Assembly: GCA_951406725.2 (NCBI GenBank)
Contig: OX597824.1
Coordinates: forward strand, 56,730,001-56,794,000
DNA length: 64,000 nucleotides
Origin: Octopus vulgaris
Taxonomy: Eukaryota
Reading direction: 5' to 3'
In this document: piece by piece, positions 39,491 to 52,592 of the stretch
Layout: each line of letters begins with the position of its first letter
How positions within the stretch are numbered: the stretch's first letter is position 1
Program-made: the position numbers and the translations under genes
The notes under the pieces: model-generated
What the model was told of the DNA's origin: nothing
What the model saw: the letters and a program-made list of their open reading frames with translations, nothing else
Database searches by the model: none

Positions 39491-41460
39491 TTAAGGAAAA
39501 GAAAGTTTCACAAACTTTGTTACAATAGTAATGATAATATAATTAATATAAGTATCATACAGAAGTACCAAATACAATGCAGATGCAACATACAGCATCG
39601 AGCAAATACAATTTACAGCATCATCAAGTTATAATATTCTGAATTTTACAATGTAGAAAGAGCATCAGCACAAACATTGACTTTGCCCTTAATACGCCTT
39701 GTCACAAGATTGAACGCTTGCGAAGTCAAACTCTACCGCATAAGTCTGATTTCTGTTCTTCATTTTGTGAAGAAAGATCAAGGGATTGTGGTCAGTAAAA
39801 TCTTCAGTTGGAGAAGTAGTGGTTCCAAGATACACTTCAAAAGGCTGTAAAGCTAACCATGCTTCTTTCTGCTACTATTGTAGAATAATTTCTCTGATGC
39901 TTGTCAAACTTCTTGGAAAAATAAACTGGATGATCAATTCTCGAATCATCCTCTTGAATCAGGACACCACCTGAACCTACATCAATTTGTAATTTAAATG
40001 GTTTCTCAAAATTTGGTGCCTGGAGTACTGGAGTATTCAAGGGAATCGCTTTGGCTCTTTCAAATGCATCTCTTATCCCACTGAAATTTTACCCTTTTTT
40101 CTTTTCCTTGATCAAAGCCTTGACAATCACAGGAGCGACATTCATACGAAGAGGAATAGCTTTAGGAAATCTGATAGAAGCACACAGGATAGTGAGAAGA
40201 TTCTGATTACCCGACTTAGTCTTAGGTTGTAGACCAACACAATCAATGATAACTCGACTGAAAGGTTCCCCAAAAGTCGGTATTGGTTTCAAAGGAGCGA
40301 AAGAAATTTCCGATTTGGTTTTCCAACAATTTGGCATGCATGACAGGTTTTATAAAACTCAGCCACATCTTGTCTCAAACTAGGCCAAAAGAAATGTGCC
40401 AAAATTTTCTCACAAGTTTTGTTTACACCTAAATGACCTGCCATGGGACTTTCATCTGCCAATGAAAGTACATGATTTCGTAACAATTTAGTTACCACAA
40501 TTTGATGATACAATTTCCATTCATCCCCTGCAGGAATGTCCGGCGGCCTATAATTCCTCATCATAACACCACCCTTAAAGTAATAACAAACTGGAACCTT
40601 GCTAACCTCTTCAAAAGAAACAGCCTTATTAGCTAACTTCAGCAACTCAACATTCTCACCCAGCACACTAATAAGCTGCTCTCTAGAAAGAATGTGACCA
40701 CCTCCCGATCCTCCATCAGACCTAACAAGAATACCAGAAGAGTCACTACCATTTAAAGGTAAGTCATCAGCCTCTCCCTTACAAAAGAATTATCCACGAA
40801 AGTACCTGACAAATCATAAATGGAATCATTCGGCGAAGAAGTCTTGGAAGAAATGACTTTAGATATCGAACGAGGAAAGATACCGGGAAAATCATCCAAC
40901 TTTTCTGTACTAACAGAACTCTCCGGAGAAACAGTGACAATAGGATCAGCACCAACTTTGGACCCCCATAAAATCATTTCCGATCAACAAATCGACACCC
41001 GGAACTGGGAGAGAGTCAAGAACACCAACTTTTACTTCACCAGGAATCAGAGGTGAATTTAAATTCACAAAATAGAGAGAGCAGAAGAATTGCCACTAAT
41101 ACCCTGAAGCAAAACATCTGAGTTCGCTGAAGACTCATCACAAAAAGATAGCATATCCTTCAAAATCAGAGACTGAAGAGCTCCAGTATCCGTCAAAATA
41201 GTAACGGGCCATGGAGTAGACTTATCTCTCATAAGCGACACAGAACCTTTGTAAACAAAGGGCAAAAACTCCTTCCGAACTACGGAATCTGGGGACTTAC
41301 TCTCACATGCAAAACTTTCCTCAGAACCACCCGAAAAGAAAGACTTAGGTGCAATACACACTAAAGCATTTGGGGAACCTGAGGACTGATTTTTAAGCTT
41401 AAGCTTGAGACATGCAAAAATCAAATGACCTGATCGCTTACAATATGCATAGACAGAAAG

Positions 41461-41835
41461 GCGGCGAGCTGGCAGAAACGTTAGCACGCCGGGTGAAATG
41501 CGTAGCCATATTTTGTCTGCCGTTACGTTCTGAGTTCCAATTCTGCCGAGGTCGACTTTGCTTTTCATCCTTTCGGGGTCGATTAAATAAGTACCAGTTA
41601 TGCACTGGGGTCGACATAATCAACTTAATCCGTTTGTCTGTCCTTGTTTGTCCTCTTTGTGTTTAGTCCATTGTGGGTAGTAAAGAAATAGGTATTTCGT
41701 CTGCTTTTACATTAAGTTCAAATTCCGCCGAGGTCGACTTTGCTTTTCATGCTTTCGGGGTCGATAAATTAAGTACCAGTTGCGTACTGGGGTCAATCTC
41801 ATCGACTGGCCCCCTCCCCCAAAATTTCGAGCCTT
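41461..41835 (+). mobile_element. SINE family A (full copy plus tandem partial copy) inserted in Gypsy gag
   Basis: GGCGGCGAGCTGGCAGAAACGTT...GTGGGTAGTAAAGAAA, then a second GTTCAAATTCCGCCGAGG block. Confidence 0.9.
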
Positions 41836-42794
41836 GTGCACAGAAAAAACTTCTTGTGAGTCAAATAATAATCATCTGCCAAGATAGCTGCATCATGTAA
41901 AACATCAACCTTTCGTTCATTCAAATAAATCTGGAGATTTAGAATGAATACTGTTTGAAATCTTCCATCAAAACTAACTGCTTCAAACTATGAAAATATG
42001 TTATCTCCTTAGAACTATATCACCTATCAAACAAAGCTTCCTTCTCCATAGCAAACTCTACAAAAGTCTTATTGTCCCTTTTATGAGCATTCCTAAATTT
42101 CTGTCGAAAAGCTTCGGGTACTAACTCATAAGCTTTTAAAAGGGTCCTCTTAACCAGATCATAATTTGAACTTTACTCTACAGATAAGGCCGAAAATGCA
42201 TCCTGAGCTTTACCCATCAAAACATTTTGCAGGTCTCCTTAGGCCACTTGAGGTTTTCAGTAACTTTTTCAAAATGTAGAAAATACTTGTCCACCTCTTT
42301 CATTGAAAGGTGGAACCAGTCTGGCAGGTCTTGCAATTTCGAAAGAGGAAGGGTGTGAGGGAGGAAAAGAATTTTCTAGCTTTTCAAGCTCAACTTCATA
42401 TTCTTTTTCTAATTTTCTGAATTCCATTTCGCTCTCAATTTCCAATTTTTTGAATTCTAATTGAACTTCAAGCCTTTTCATTTCCAAATGGTCTGAAGGT
42501 TCTTTCACCATCTCCAAAACATCACGTCCGAAAACTCCCTCACCAACGAAGTGATTTAAAACAATTTTCAAAATCTGAAATTTCCTCATGGCAGGTTTGG
42601 CCTCAAGTTTGAAAGGTACAGAAATTTCCAATAAATCCGATTTGTGCAAGGCACCGACTATCTCAGGGATAGGAGACTTAAGAGAATCCTCTAGTTTAAA
42701 CACTATATTTGTTGGCTTCACAGTTAACTTGCTTGCAAAAAAATGCAGAAATTTGAAATAGATTTTCTTTTATACAAAATGTCTAATGAATTCG

Positions 42795-42812
42795 ATCCCG
42801 GACGAGCCTCCA
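42795..42812 (-). other. Primer-binding site, tRNA-Pro
   Basis: Minus strand TGGAGGCTCGTCCGGGAT matches the tRNA-Pro PBS TGGGGGCTCGTCCGGGAT at 17/18 positions, just inside the 5' LTR. Confidence 0.85.
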
Positions 42813-42817
42813 ATTTT

Positions 42818-43275
42818 CGTTACAGTTACTGCATGACAAGGAACAGTCCCCAATCGAAACCAGCTAGTAAAACAAACAGGACTGTATAATTCAGTTATGT
42901 ATTGAAAAATATGATAAAGTTTACAATAATGGCAGTACAGAGCTGATACAAAATAATTGGGTCAATAATCAAATATTGGACGAAGTAAAATAGTCACCAG
43001 AGTGAAGAAGAAGTATTGATAGAAAATGTTGGTTCTTGAAAAGAGATTTCAAAGATCTTGGCAGCGAGCGTGCATCCGAAAGCCGTATAGTCCGAATTCG
43101 CCCCTCAACTTTCAGCCACTGTTTTTTATACTCTAAGGCTCTTACAAAATAATCTGGGAAGAATACGCCACGTCATTGTCTCTCCTCTAAATGCAAGAAT
43201 CTTCTCGCCCAAAGTAATAATTTCTCCGAACCGAGCGAAGCAAAGAGGAGGCAACTTTTTTTTATCTTTCTTTGA
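42818..43275 (-). repeat. 5' LTR (truncated at a SINE B fragment)
   Basis: GTTACTGCATGACAA..CCCCAATCGAAACCAGC..TTCAGTTATGTATTGAAAAATATGATAA shared with the 3' LTR. Confidence 0.85.
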
Positions 43276-43419
43276 GAATAATTGAGAATATACGACGGAC
43301 TTCTTTCATTTTCCGTCTACCAAATTCACTCACAAGGCTTTGGTCGGCCCGAGGCTATAGTAGAAAATACTTGCTCGAGGTGCCACGTAGTGGTACTGAA
43401 CTCCTGAATTCTTGGCAAA

Positions 43420-44682
43420 GAAGAAGAAGAAGAAGAAGAAGAAGAAGAAGAAGAAGAAGAAGAAGAAGAAGAAGAAGAAGAAGAAGAAGAAGAAGAAGAA
43501 GAAGATAAAAGAATGCGGGAGTGCTTTGGTAGTAAATGGTCAAGTACCCTGGAAGTGACTTGTGAATAGTAATAGTGATTGAATTCTTGAGATATCTCTT
43601 TTGAATGTATTGTTTTAATATTTGCGTGGGTGTTATTCTAAGCAACAGTAGTAGTAAAGTAAGGAAGGAGGTGGCGGAGAGGAAGAAGAAGACGAAGAAG
43701 GAGAAGGAGAAGAAGAGAAAGAATAATAAAAAAAGAATGCATGAGTGGTATGATAGTAGTAGGATGTTAGATGATCAAGTGACCTAAAAGTAATTCGTTG
43801 CGGATAATAGTAGTGATTGGGATTGTTTTTAAAGAATTCTTGGAAATCTCTTTGGAATGTATCATTTTTAACGTTTGCGTGTGTGTTATTCTAAGGTCGT
43901 GATGGATATGTCATTTGTTGTAAATGCGTTCAAAAGGGGTTTGTATTTTGTGATAAAGAACGACTCTACTAATTCGTCGGCTACATGTTGCATCGTCCTC
44001 CAATTGATAGAGGGAAAATTCTGAAGCTTGGATTTTTGTTATTGGCGCAAATGTCGATGTGTTGGCTGAATGCTATTTTCCTGTTTTTCGGAATTTTGAT
44101 CTGGGATCTGTGCAGAGCCATCCTTTGACGTAGACTGTTTTTTGTTTGGCCTATGTATTGCTCTTGACACTCAGAGCAGGTTAGTGCGTATATCAGGTTC
44201 TCTGAAGCACATGTGAAGTTGCTTTTCACTGTGAACCATTATTCCTGTTTGAGGGAGAACTCTGATGCCTCAATTAAATTGACGCATATCCCGCAGTTGG
44301 GTCTTCCGCATCTTTTTACTGACGGCTTCAGTGTTGTTGCTGAGCGTATTCGGGCTTGTGTTAGGAGACTTTTCCTTCTTTTATTATTCTTTCTCTTCTT
44401 CTCTTTCTTCTTCTTCGACTTCTTCTTCCCCTCCGCCACCTCCTTCCTTACTTTACTACTACTGCTGCTTAGAATAACACCCACGCAAATATTAAAAACA
44501 ATACATTCAAGAGATACTACAATCACTACTACCATTCACAACAAGTCACTTTCAGAATACTTGACCGTTTAACATACTACTACTATCCTAACACTCCCGA
44601 ATTCTTCTTCTTCTTCTTCTTCTTCTTCTTCTTCTTCTTCTTCTTCTTCTTCTTCTTCTTCTTCTTCTTCTTCTTCTTCTTT
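43420..44682 (-). mobile_element. Penelope-like GIY-YIG fragment between inverted ~310-bp arms ending in (GAA)n/(TTC)n
   Basis: RCGRPNCGIC, FTCASENLIYALTCSECQEQYIGQT..LRQRMALHRSQI..HIDIC; 43420-43735 is inverted at 44372-44682. Confidence 0.85.
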
Positions 44683-44930
44683 ACCAAACATTCACAACGA
44701 CCTCGAACCCACAAGATTAAACAAGAGAGACAGAGACTGGCAGAAACAAGGAAAATGCCCCTTGTATTTGAATGTTATGCAAATATTCTTTTAAAAAACT
44801 TTTCATTTAATTTTTTTTCAAAATTTAATTGTTTTCCGTACTTAGATTTGAAAAAGTCTCAATGACTGGAACCAGTACTAAGATGCTTTTTACGATCAAA
44901 TTATTTTAGCGTATTCTACCTTGAATTTTT

Positions 44931-44999
<69 letters not shown>

Positions 45000-45356
45000 T
45001 TATAAAATGAGATAGGGGTTGAAAATTAAACCCACCATGGGATAATATATATCCAATATACTGCTAGATAGGTACCCAACAAGACTAATACATAGATGTT
45101 AAAAATTTCCAAACAATCAGTTCATCTATTGTATTATATGGGTAAAGGTAATAATATTACCGTAAATTAATACTACAAAATTAGAGAATGGAGAAACATA
45201 CTTAAATCAATAAAACATCAACTATCAGATGATACCCAATCAATACTTTAATACACCATTACATATCAGTAAAGGCATTATACAAAATATACAGTAAGAG
45301 TAAATAGACAAAGAGATATAAGTATAAAATTTCAAATATAATATGTAATTAAATCA

Positions 45357-45471
45357 AATCTGACAGCTGTTTCGGCAGTGAGGGCAGTCATACCTCATTT
45401 AACCTATAAGCCATAAAGGCAGGTATAAATGAGGCATTAACAAGGATGCCCCACGGCCTCTTCAGAGAATT
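45357..45471 (-). ncRNA. Type I hammerhead ribozyme with ~85-nt stem II (sense to the PLE ORF)
   Basis: TCT-CTGAAGA-GGC.GTGGGGCA..TGCCTCATTTA..TAAATGAGGTA..TGCCCTCAC.GCC-GAAA-CAGCT-GTC-AGA. Confidence 0.9.
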
Positions 45472-47469
45472 AAATTTGTTATAATTGTGAAAAAGATTAT
45501 TTAACCATATACATATAAATATAAAAATATAAAAATGTAAAATATAAAAACTTATACATAAACTTCATAATGCTACACTTATATAATATAATACTCATTG
45601 GTACAATAATGGAAGGTAAACAGAACAAAATAAAACAAAATATATATCAGTGTATATATTAATATTAATAAGCACCGATATTATACATATTTGGCTAATA
45701 GTTTTTAAAAAAAAACTAACACATAGGGAGATGAAAAATAATAATTAAAACCATGGTTCAGTTCATAAAATTATAAAGCTATAAAAGTTAATAAAAATTA
45801 CTATTAATATTAATAATAATAATAATAATAATAATAGATACAGTTATGTTTGCACCAAGTCCATCCTTTCAAGATCGAAATAACTATGAGTTAAGAAATA
45901 CTGACCACTAGGTAATGATAATTTAGATTAATTCGATTGGCTATTGGTTTGAAATTTAAATCACAAAAGAAATTATACGGTTGGTTAGTCAAGGAACGCC
46001 AATATTCACACGCGCATCTACAGATCAATCGCACATACACACATAATTATATGTATACACATACACTTATACACATACATAACCACAAGCAACAACTAGC
46101 ACATAGATAAACAAAAAGGGAAGCAACTATGCTGCCATTTAGTCCTTCAAAATTATAACTATGCCTCAAATAACGAAAATGATCCACTCATGCATTTCAT
46201 AAAATATTTAATTTAAAGATAGAAATATATTTTTAAATATCAGTTGGGTAACTTAAAATTTATAACACCGGTTTGTTGCATAGTAAACATACGGTTGTTA
46301 GATTTACCGTAAGTTTGTTATGATTCCAAGTACGCTAAGTTATAAAATATAAAATATATATTAATTTATATATTATAAATAAATCTCTTATTTACTTAAT
46401 AAATTTAATGCCATAATATACCAGTTTAGGCATTAAATAATAGAAGGGGAAGTACTAATGCAAACGCATATGAGAACATCACAGAAATTTAAAAAAAATT
46501 TATATTATAAATACTTAAGATAAAATGTGATAAAATAAATAAGAAGGAATAAATACGAAGGAATAAATACGGTTATACACATATTATAAGTACAAACCAG
46601 TATATATGTATTCATATATTATTAAAATAAAATAAAAATAAATGATAGATATGTATGTATAAAACTACCCTAGTATAAGTAAATAAGTAAAAAATAAATA
46701 GATAACAAATTAGATGACTTGATATGTATGTAAAAATCTACACTTAAATAAGCAAATAAATAAATAATTAGAAGACTAAATGCAGAGATTGATAACATTA
46801 CAATAAAATAAAAAAATAAATAAAGTGAATATATATGTTATATTGATGAAAGTAAATATGTATGGAAGGATAATTTAAAGTACAGATCCAGAGGACTATA
46901 GATATAAACTAAATATATAAGGCTGGTAATATTTATAAAGCCAAATGTATGTAAATGAAAAAAATGAAAAAGGTTTATTAGTAAATAGCATAAGATACAA
47001 ATTAAGGTGAGTACAAAGAAAGACCAAATATACAATATAAACCTGCCAAATAAACACATACAAAAAACCTATATTCTCAACCTAAACACACCAAACTCAT
47101 AAAAGGCTCTCATATATTACATATTATACAATATAATTACATTATCTAGAGCTAGGTATCTAACCAGGATATACATATATACTATGCAATATTAGAAAAC
47201 TTCAAAAATCACATATTACAAGGCAAATACCAAAATGAATATGTTATTTCATGTCATATTGCATTTCCCTTAAAAAACAAACAAAAACCCACATATAAAA
47301 AAACAAGAAACAAATAATACTAGACACATCTATTATTATTATACAAATGTAGCTATAAAAATTATAAAATTATAAATTTATAAGTTGCATACTTTAGAAT
47401 TATAGAAGACCACAGGTATAGTTAGTTAAAGAAGGGAGTTAAAAAATTATTAATAGTGGAAGTGCTAAG

Positions 47470-49838
47470 TTCTATTTGAATCTAGAAAAGGTGAACGGTA
47501 GCCTATGAATGCAAAAGAAGTTTTTTTCATTTATGTTGTTAATAATTTGCCGACCCGCTTTAATAATGAAAAAAATTTCATTAATACATAGAGAGCATTT
47601 TTTATTTTTTCCATTATACAGGTGCTGAAGTTAGTATTTTCCAGTTTAATCTAAAATCTAAGTTCTTACTTTTAAGTTCCCAAATGTATGCACTTAGCCC
47701 TGTAGAGTACATTCTATTTTTATTTCTAAAAGTATATCTGTGATAATTCAATCTTTGTTTTATGCTATTCATAGTTGCCCCGATGTACACCCTACTACTC
47801 AATTGTGTATCTACAGTGCATTGGTAAACTACCTCCTTCCTGAGGCATTGATTACCAAACACACATTTATTTCTGTTTCTGCAATTACAAAGATTAACAG
47901 AATGAGGTAATCTAAGATTGGTCCCCACCCCTATACTACCATTCACATTATAAGTGTTACAATTGTTATCATCATCCAAACCCAAAATCAACGAATGAGT
48001 TAATTTCACATTATTGGCTATATTCCTATCACTAGTACTAGTATTGGTAGTAGTAGTATGATCTATTACATTTATATTATCTCTAACAGGTACGGTGCAC
48101 TCATTATTAGTAAGGGGGTTTTTCACATTCGTTCCAAGAAAGTTTCTGTTCCTATTATTATTAAAGAGGGGCAAATTTCCATTGTCTAAATTCAATTTTC
48201 TATCCTTATAGAAGTGATCCAGTTTCCTGTTATTAAAAGAGGAGATAATGGTGGCTAGATTATGAGTAATGCTATATCCCACTCTAACAGTACCGTTGTT
48301 AATTAAAGGACTAAATTTATTCTTATCCTTACCAAAATGCCTAAATATAACATTATGCAAAGCTCTCACTATGTTTGTTTTAATCTGCATTGCATATGGG
48401 ATAATCAACCAGAGTGTATCCTTATCAGAATTAGGATTGCCTATAGAATTATTGTTATTTGTAAAAATCCTATTCCTAGACCAACCCATAGGATTACTAT
48501 TCTTACCACTGTCATTGTTATATCTATCTATATCAATATTCCCATGATTATTGCGCAAGTAAACTTTACCATTATCATGTCTACCATAAGTTTTAATATG
48601 TATATTATTATTAATATTACTACTATTACCCGTATGCTCAGATCTATTTGAGCTACCGTTCACCTTTCCGAGGTTAACATCACTTCTACATTTATTATAG
48701 GTGTTATCATAAATTCTATTTTTACTATTCTTATGTATATTGTTGTTTATCCTAAATCTATTGGTGTTGTTCCTGATAGTTCTACCTCCATTAGGAGGGT
48801 TCCCCTTAGGTATAAACCATATCTTACTTTTGTATCCTGCCTTAAGCAATGCTGCATTGTATCTATCACAATGCTTGTTAAAAATTTCCTCGTTAGAGGA
48901 TAAACTAGAAATTCTCTGACTAATGCTACGCACTAGTGCATTTTTAATTTGAGGGGGTTGATTACTTGAACGGTTAATATATATTAGGTTAGAATTAGGT
49001 TTAATATAGGGTTCATGTAAACCATTAGTAATGTTACAATTAACATCTAAATAATTAGCAGAATAATTTTCACTTTCAATGATAATGGATAGGCCGAAAC
49101 TTTTAAAAAATTTATTTATTCTTTTTTTCAGAAGATCTAATCTCCTATTAGATGTATTCTTAACACAAAATAAGGCGTCATCCCTGTATAATCCACCTTT
49201 TAATTCAGGGAATTCCCTACTAAAGTTATCTAATAGATACATCCCAACTAGATCAGTCACCTCCGCCGAGTCCGGCGATCCCATTGTGATATCGAACAAG
49301 TTGGGTGTGTCCTTTCTAGCCCAAAGTTTATTATCAAACTCTATTAAAGTTTTCCTGGCTGTTAATATAACCTTAATCTCCCCCATACTTAATTTAGTGT
49401 GTTTTCTAGCAAAAATTAAGGACTTATTTAATATAATAGGGTTAATGGAAGTGTAATAATTCTGTATATCAAATTGGATGAATTTATTTCTATTATAGCT
49501 AAAGTTGTTATTGTCACAGACCTTAATGGCAGAAAACCAATCCAAAGCACCCTGAGTATTCTTCCAAAGGTTTAGTTTGATTTTACTGCGGATGGTGGGT
49601 AGATATTTGTCTAGAATGAGTTTGCTTAGTCTGCCTAAGTCAGATTTAGTGGGGCAAATTAATCTGACCTGTGTGTTTCCAAGAAAGTTCTCTTTATGAT
49701 CCTTTAGTGTAATTCTCGGTCTAGTTGGGGTGTAAGGTTCCGTTTTTTCTTCTAGGTAGTAGTCAAATATAATTTCTCTGATCTCCAGGTTCAGTTTTCT
49801 AAGTGTACTAGAAGGTACTACTTTGTATTTCTTGGTTT
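47470..49838 (-). CDS. PLE RT plus C-terminal GIY-YIG endonuclease (5'-truncated; frameshift at ~47615)
   Basis: ITLKDHKENF..RLICPTKS (frame open upstream of the track start), QFDIQNYY, TMGSPDSAE, LYRDD, NYLDV, CNCRNRNKC..C, VVYQ..VYIGAT; after the shift KCSLCINE..CIH. Confidence 0.92.
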
Positions 49839-49914
49839 TTATATTTTACATTTTTATATTTTTATATTTATATGTATATGGTTAAATAATCTTTTTCACA
49901 ATTATAACAAATTT

Positions 49915-50029
49915 AATTCTCTGAAGAGGCCGTGGGGCATCCTTGTTAATGCCTCATTTATACCTGCCTTTATGGCTTATAGGTTAAATGAGGTATGACT
50001 GCCCTCACTGCCGAAACAGCTGTCAGATT
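49915..50029 (+). ncRNA. Inverted copy of the hammerhead ribozyme at 45357-45471
   Basis: CTGAAGA at 49921; GAAACAGCTGTC ending at 50024; palindrome ACAGCTGT. Confidence 0.9.
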
Positions 50030-50213
50030 TGATTTAATTACATATTATATTTGAAATTTTATACTTATATCTCTTTGTCTATTTACTCTTACTGTATATT
50101 TTGTATAATGCCTTTACTGATATGTAATGGTGTATTAAAGTATTGATTGGGTATCATCTGATAGTTGATGTTTTATTGATTTAAGTATGTTTCTCCATTC
50201 TCTAATTTTGTAG

Positions 50214-50287
<74 letters not shown>

Positions 50288-50348
50288 GTTATTAGCGAAG
50301 GATAATCAATCCGGAGATAATACTTTGTAAGCTGTTTTTTTTTACTGA

Positions 50349-52580
50349 ATAGACGTGTTTTACTGCTGCTTTCGTTTAATTGTAGGTTTTCCCTTTTAGG
50401 ATTACCGTCGGTTTTTGAACTGTTATACAACTTTTGCTGTTTTCTGTCTTTTGAACACATTGCTTGCTTTAGCAGGTTCGTTTTTGTGCAAATTACCCCT
50501 TTGTGGAAAATGTTTAACACAATCAGTACAACATGACAGTTGATGTCTCCCAATATGTAATTCCAGAATACTTTTTGGAAGAATTGTGCGAACAAATGTT
50601 ACCCTCTCTACCATTTTGCCAAACGAAAGAAGAGAAAAACATACCAGAGAAAGATAAATCGACCTCTGAATTGAAACACAGAATGGTAAAGAAAAAACGA
50701 ACTACGCGTCTGTGGCCAAAGTCACTAGCCAAACAGTGCAAGTTGGCCCGGGCGAGTTCAAAAAATATTGCTTTTATACAGGGAAGGAGCGAACATGAAG
50801 CTGACTCTCCCAGAAGAAGTGATATACAACATAAAACGCAAAACAATAGTTTACAAAACGCTGTCCCTGGTAACAAAAAGGATAGAGATGGCATCCTTAG
50901 ATGCCATCGAAAAGTACCTACTTCCAATTTGGCGCGACATAAAATACGTAAATAGAGGAAGGCGCTTCAGCTCAGTCAAGATGAGATTCGCTTCCGAAGA
51001 GGAGGCAAAAGAACATTATGTCACCCTTAAAGTCGACAGATCTGGCGTTACTGTTGACTTACCTTGGAAGGCGAACATCGAAAATAAGGATAGGGGAGGT
51101 CCTACCAGAAATAGATGCGGTGTGGCTAGTGACAGCCGTACCGTTGAGCCTGGAGGATAGAGCCACTATTCTTCAGGCCATTAGACTACACCAGCAGAAC
51201 TGGTGGGGCCAAGGTCTGGAGTTAATAATCCAGGCCGACCAGAAAAACTTAGAAGAAATACCAGAGCAAATAATGCTTCCGGACGAGACCACAATAAGAA
51301 TCGTGGTGGAGGGAAGAAGTCCAAGATGCTTTAAGTGTGGGCAAAAATGCCACATAAAACCCACGTGCCCACAAGTCCTACTACCAGAAGTACCCCTTCC
51401 ACCCAGCAACCCACAGTCTGACGACCCGAAGCTAAACAAGGGGGCGCCAACCAGAACCGCAACGAAACAACCCATCAAGCCAACACAAACTGACGACCCG
51501 AAGAAAGACAAGAAATAACTCACCAACCCACCAAAGGCTGCCAGCTCGAAGGAAAAAAGAAGTCGACCAACGCCACGATGGAACACCCTATTAGCCCACC
51601 ACAAACTGACAGTCTGAAAGAAAAAAGAAGTCGACCAACACCACGATAAAGTATACATCAAAAGTTCCGCAAAGGGAAGCAGAGAACCCCAAGAGCGACA
51701 CCCCAAAGGAACCACCACCAACCTTGTTCGAGGAGAGGGACAACGGATGGACAATGGTCAAAAAGAGACAAAATGTGAAAGGCACCCCCGCGCACCCTTA
51801 AAAAAGACCACCAAAGACAACCAAAAGCACGCATCCACAACATACACACATAAACCACAAACAACCTACTCAGTTACCCTAAACAAAGAAGCCATCAAAA
51901 GCAAAGACAACCAAAAACCGGCATTCACACCATACACACACAAAACATAAACATCCTACTCATTTTTCCCAAACAAAGCCACATATAATCCATTCACACA
52001 AGACATATTACCGTCAGCAACATCGGGGAAAAATAAACCACCCTAGCTAATCATTCATACAGAAATTCATGTGTTACTCCATAATTAGCCCCTCCACACC
52101 CGAACACCAGCGAACACAAAAGACAATGTAATGTTCGTTTTCATCGACTGTTACACGTTATTTAATCATATTGCTTCAACCCATTTTGTCTGGCCTGAAT
52201 GATGAGTGTATGGCTTGCTATATGTGTAAATGAGATGATTGAATGTGAGTGCCAGTGATCCTAAAAGATCAAAAGATTTTCTTTTTTCCTCAATGTTGCG
52301 TGTCATCTAATCATATGTTGCTCCAACCCATTTAGTCTATCCTGATTTGTGAATGAAAAGTGTATGCCATGTTACATGTGTGAGATCACTTGAACGTAAT
52401 TACTAGTGATTCTAAAAGAAGATCAGTGATGATACGTGGTTTGTGGGGTCTCCGTGTCCATCACTTCATTTTCATTATTTCCACTCTTTCATTATCCATA
52501 CGCTATTTTGACCCCCATGTTTTTTCTGTCCTGTATTATCCCTTCTGTGTATTACCCTTTTATGGTGAATAAAAAATAAG
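50349..52580 (+). mobile_element. ORF1-only Tx1/L1-like element (HAL1-like), frameshifted
   Basis: ORF1-like frames ~50790-51950 with IRIGEVLPEI..RIVVEGRSPRCFKCGQKCHIKPTC knuckle; no ORF2; tail CCCTTCTGTGT..TATGGTGAATAAAAAATAAG; possible TSD TTTTACTGA. Confidence 0.65.
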
Positions 52581-52592
52581 TTCTTTTACTGA

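Larger units (their letters stand above)
38487..43275 (-). mobile_element. Gypsy LTR retrotransposon, Gmr1-type order, internally deleted
   Basis: Gag (RLVPPFNE; CAYCKRSGHLIFAC), protease ILTDTGA, integrase GHLGVNKT..CHACQ / VIIDCVG, RNaseH PVLQAPNFEKPFKL..HQRNYST; two homologous LTRs. Confidence 0.92.
44998..50215 (-). mobile_element. Naiad-type Penelope-like retroelement with long 3' region and inverted 5' pseudo-LTR
   Basis: RT-GIY-YIG ORF; 45171-45551 is inverted at 49835-50215 with no difference seen by eye; bounded by (TA)n and (TA)/(TG)n. Confidence 0.92.

Noticed and set aside
47470-49838. Selenoprotein-type Naiad
   Set aside because: No in-frame TGA seen; the break at 47614 is a frameshift into TAA.
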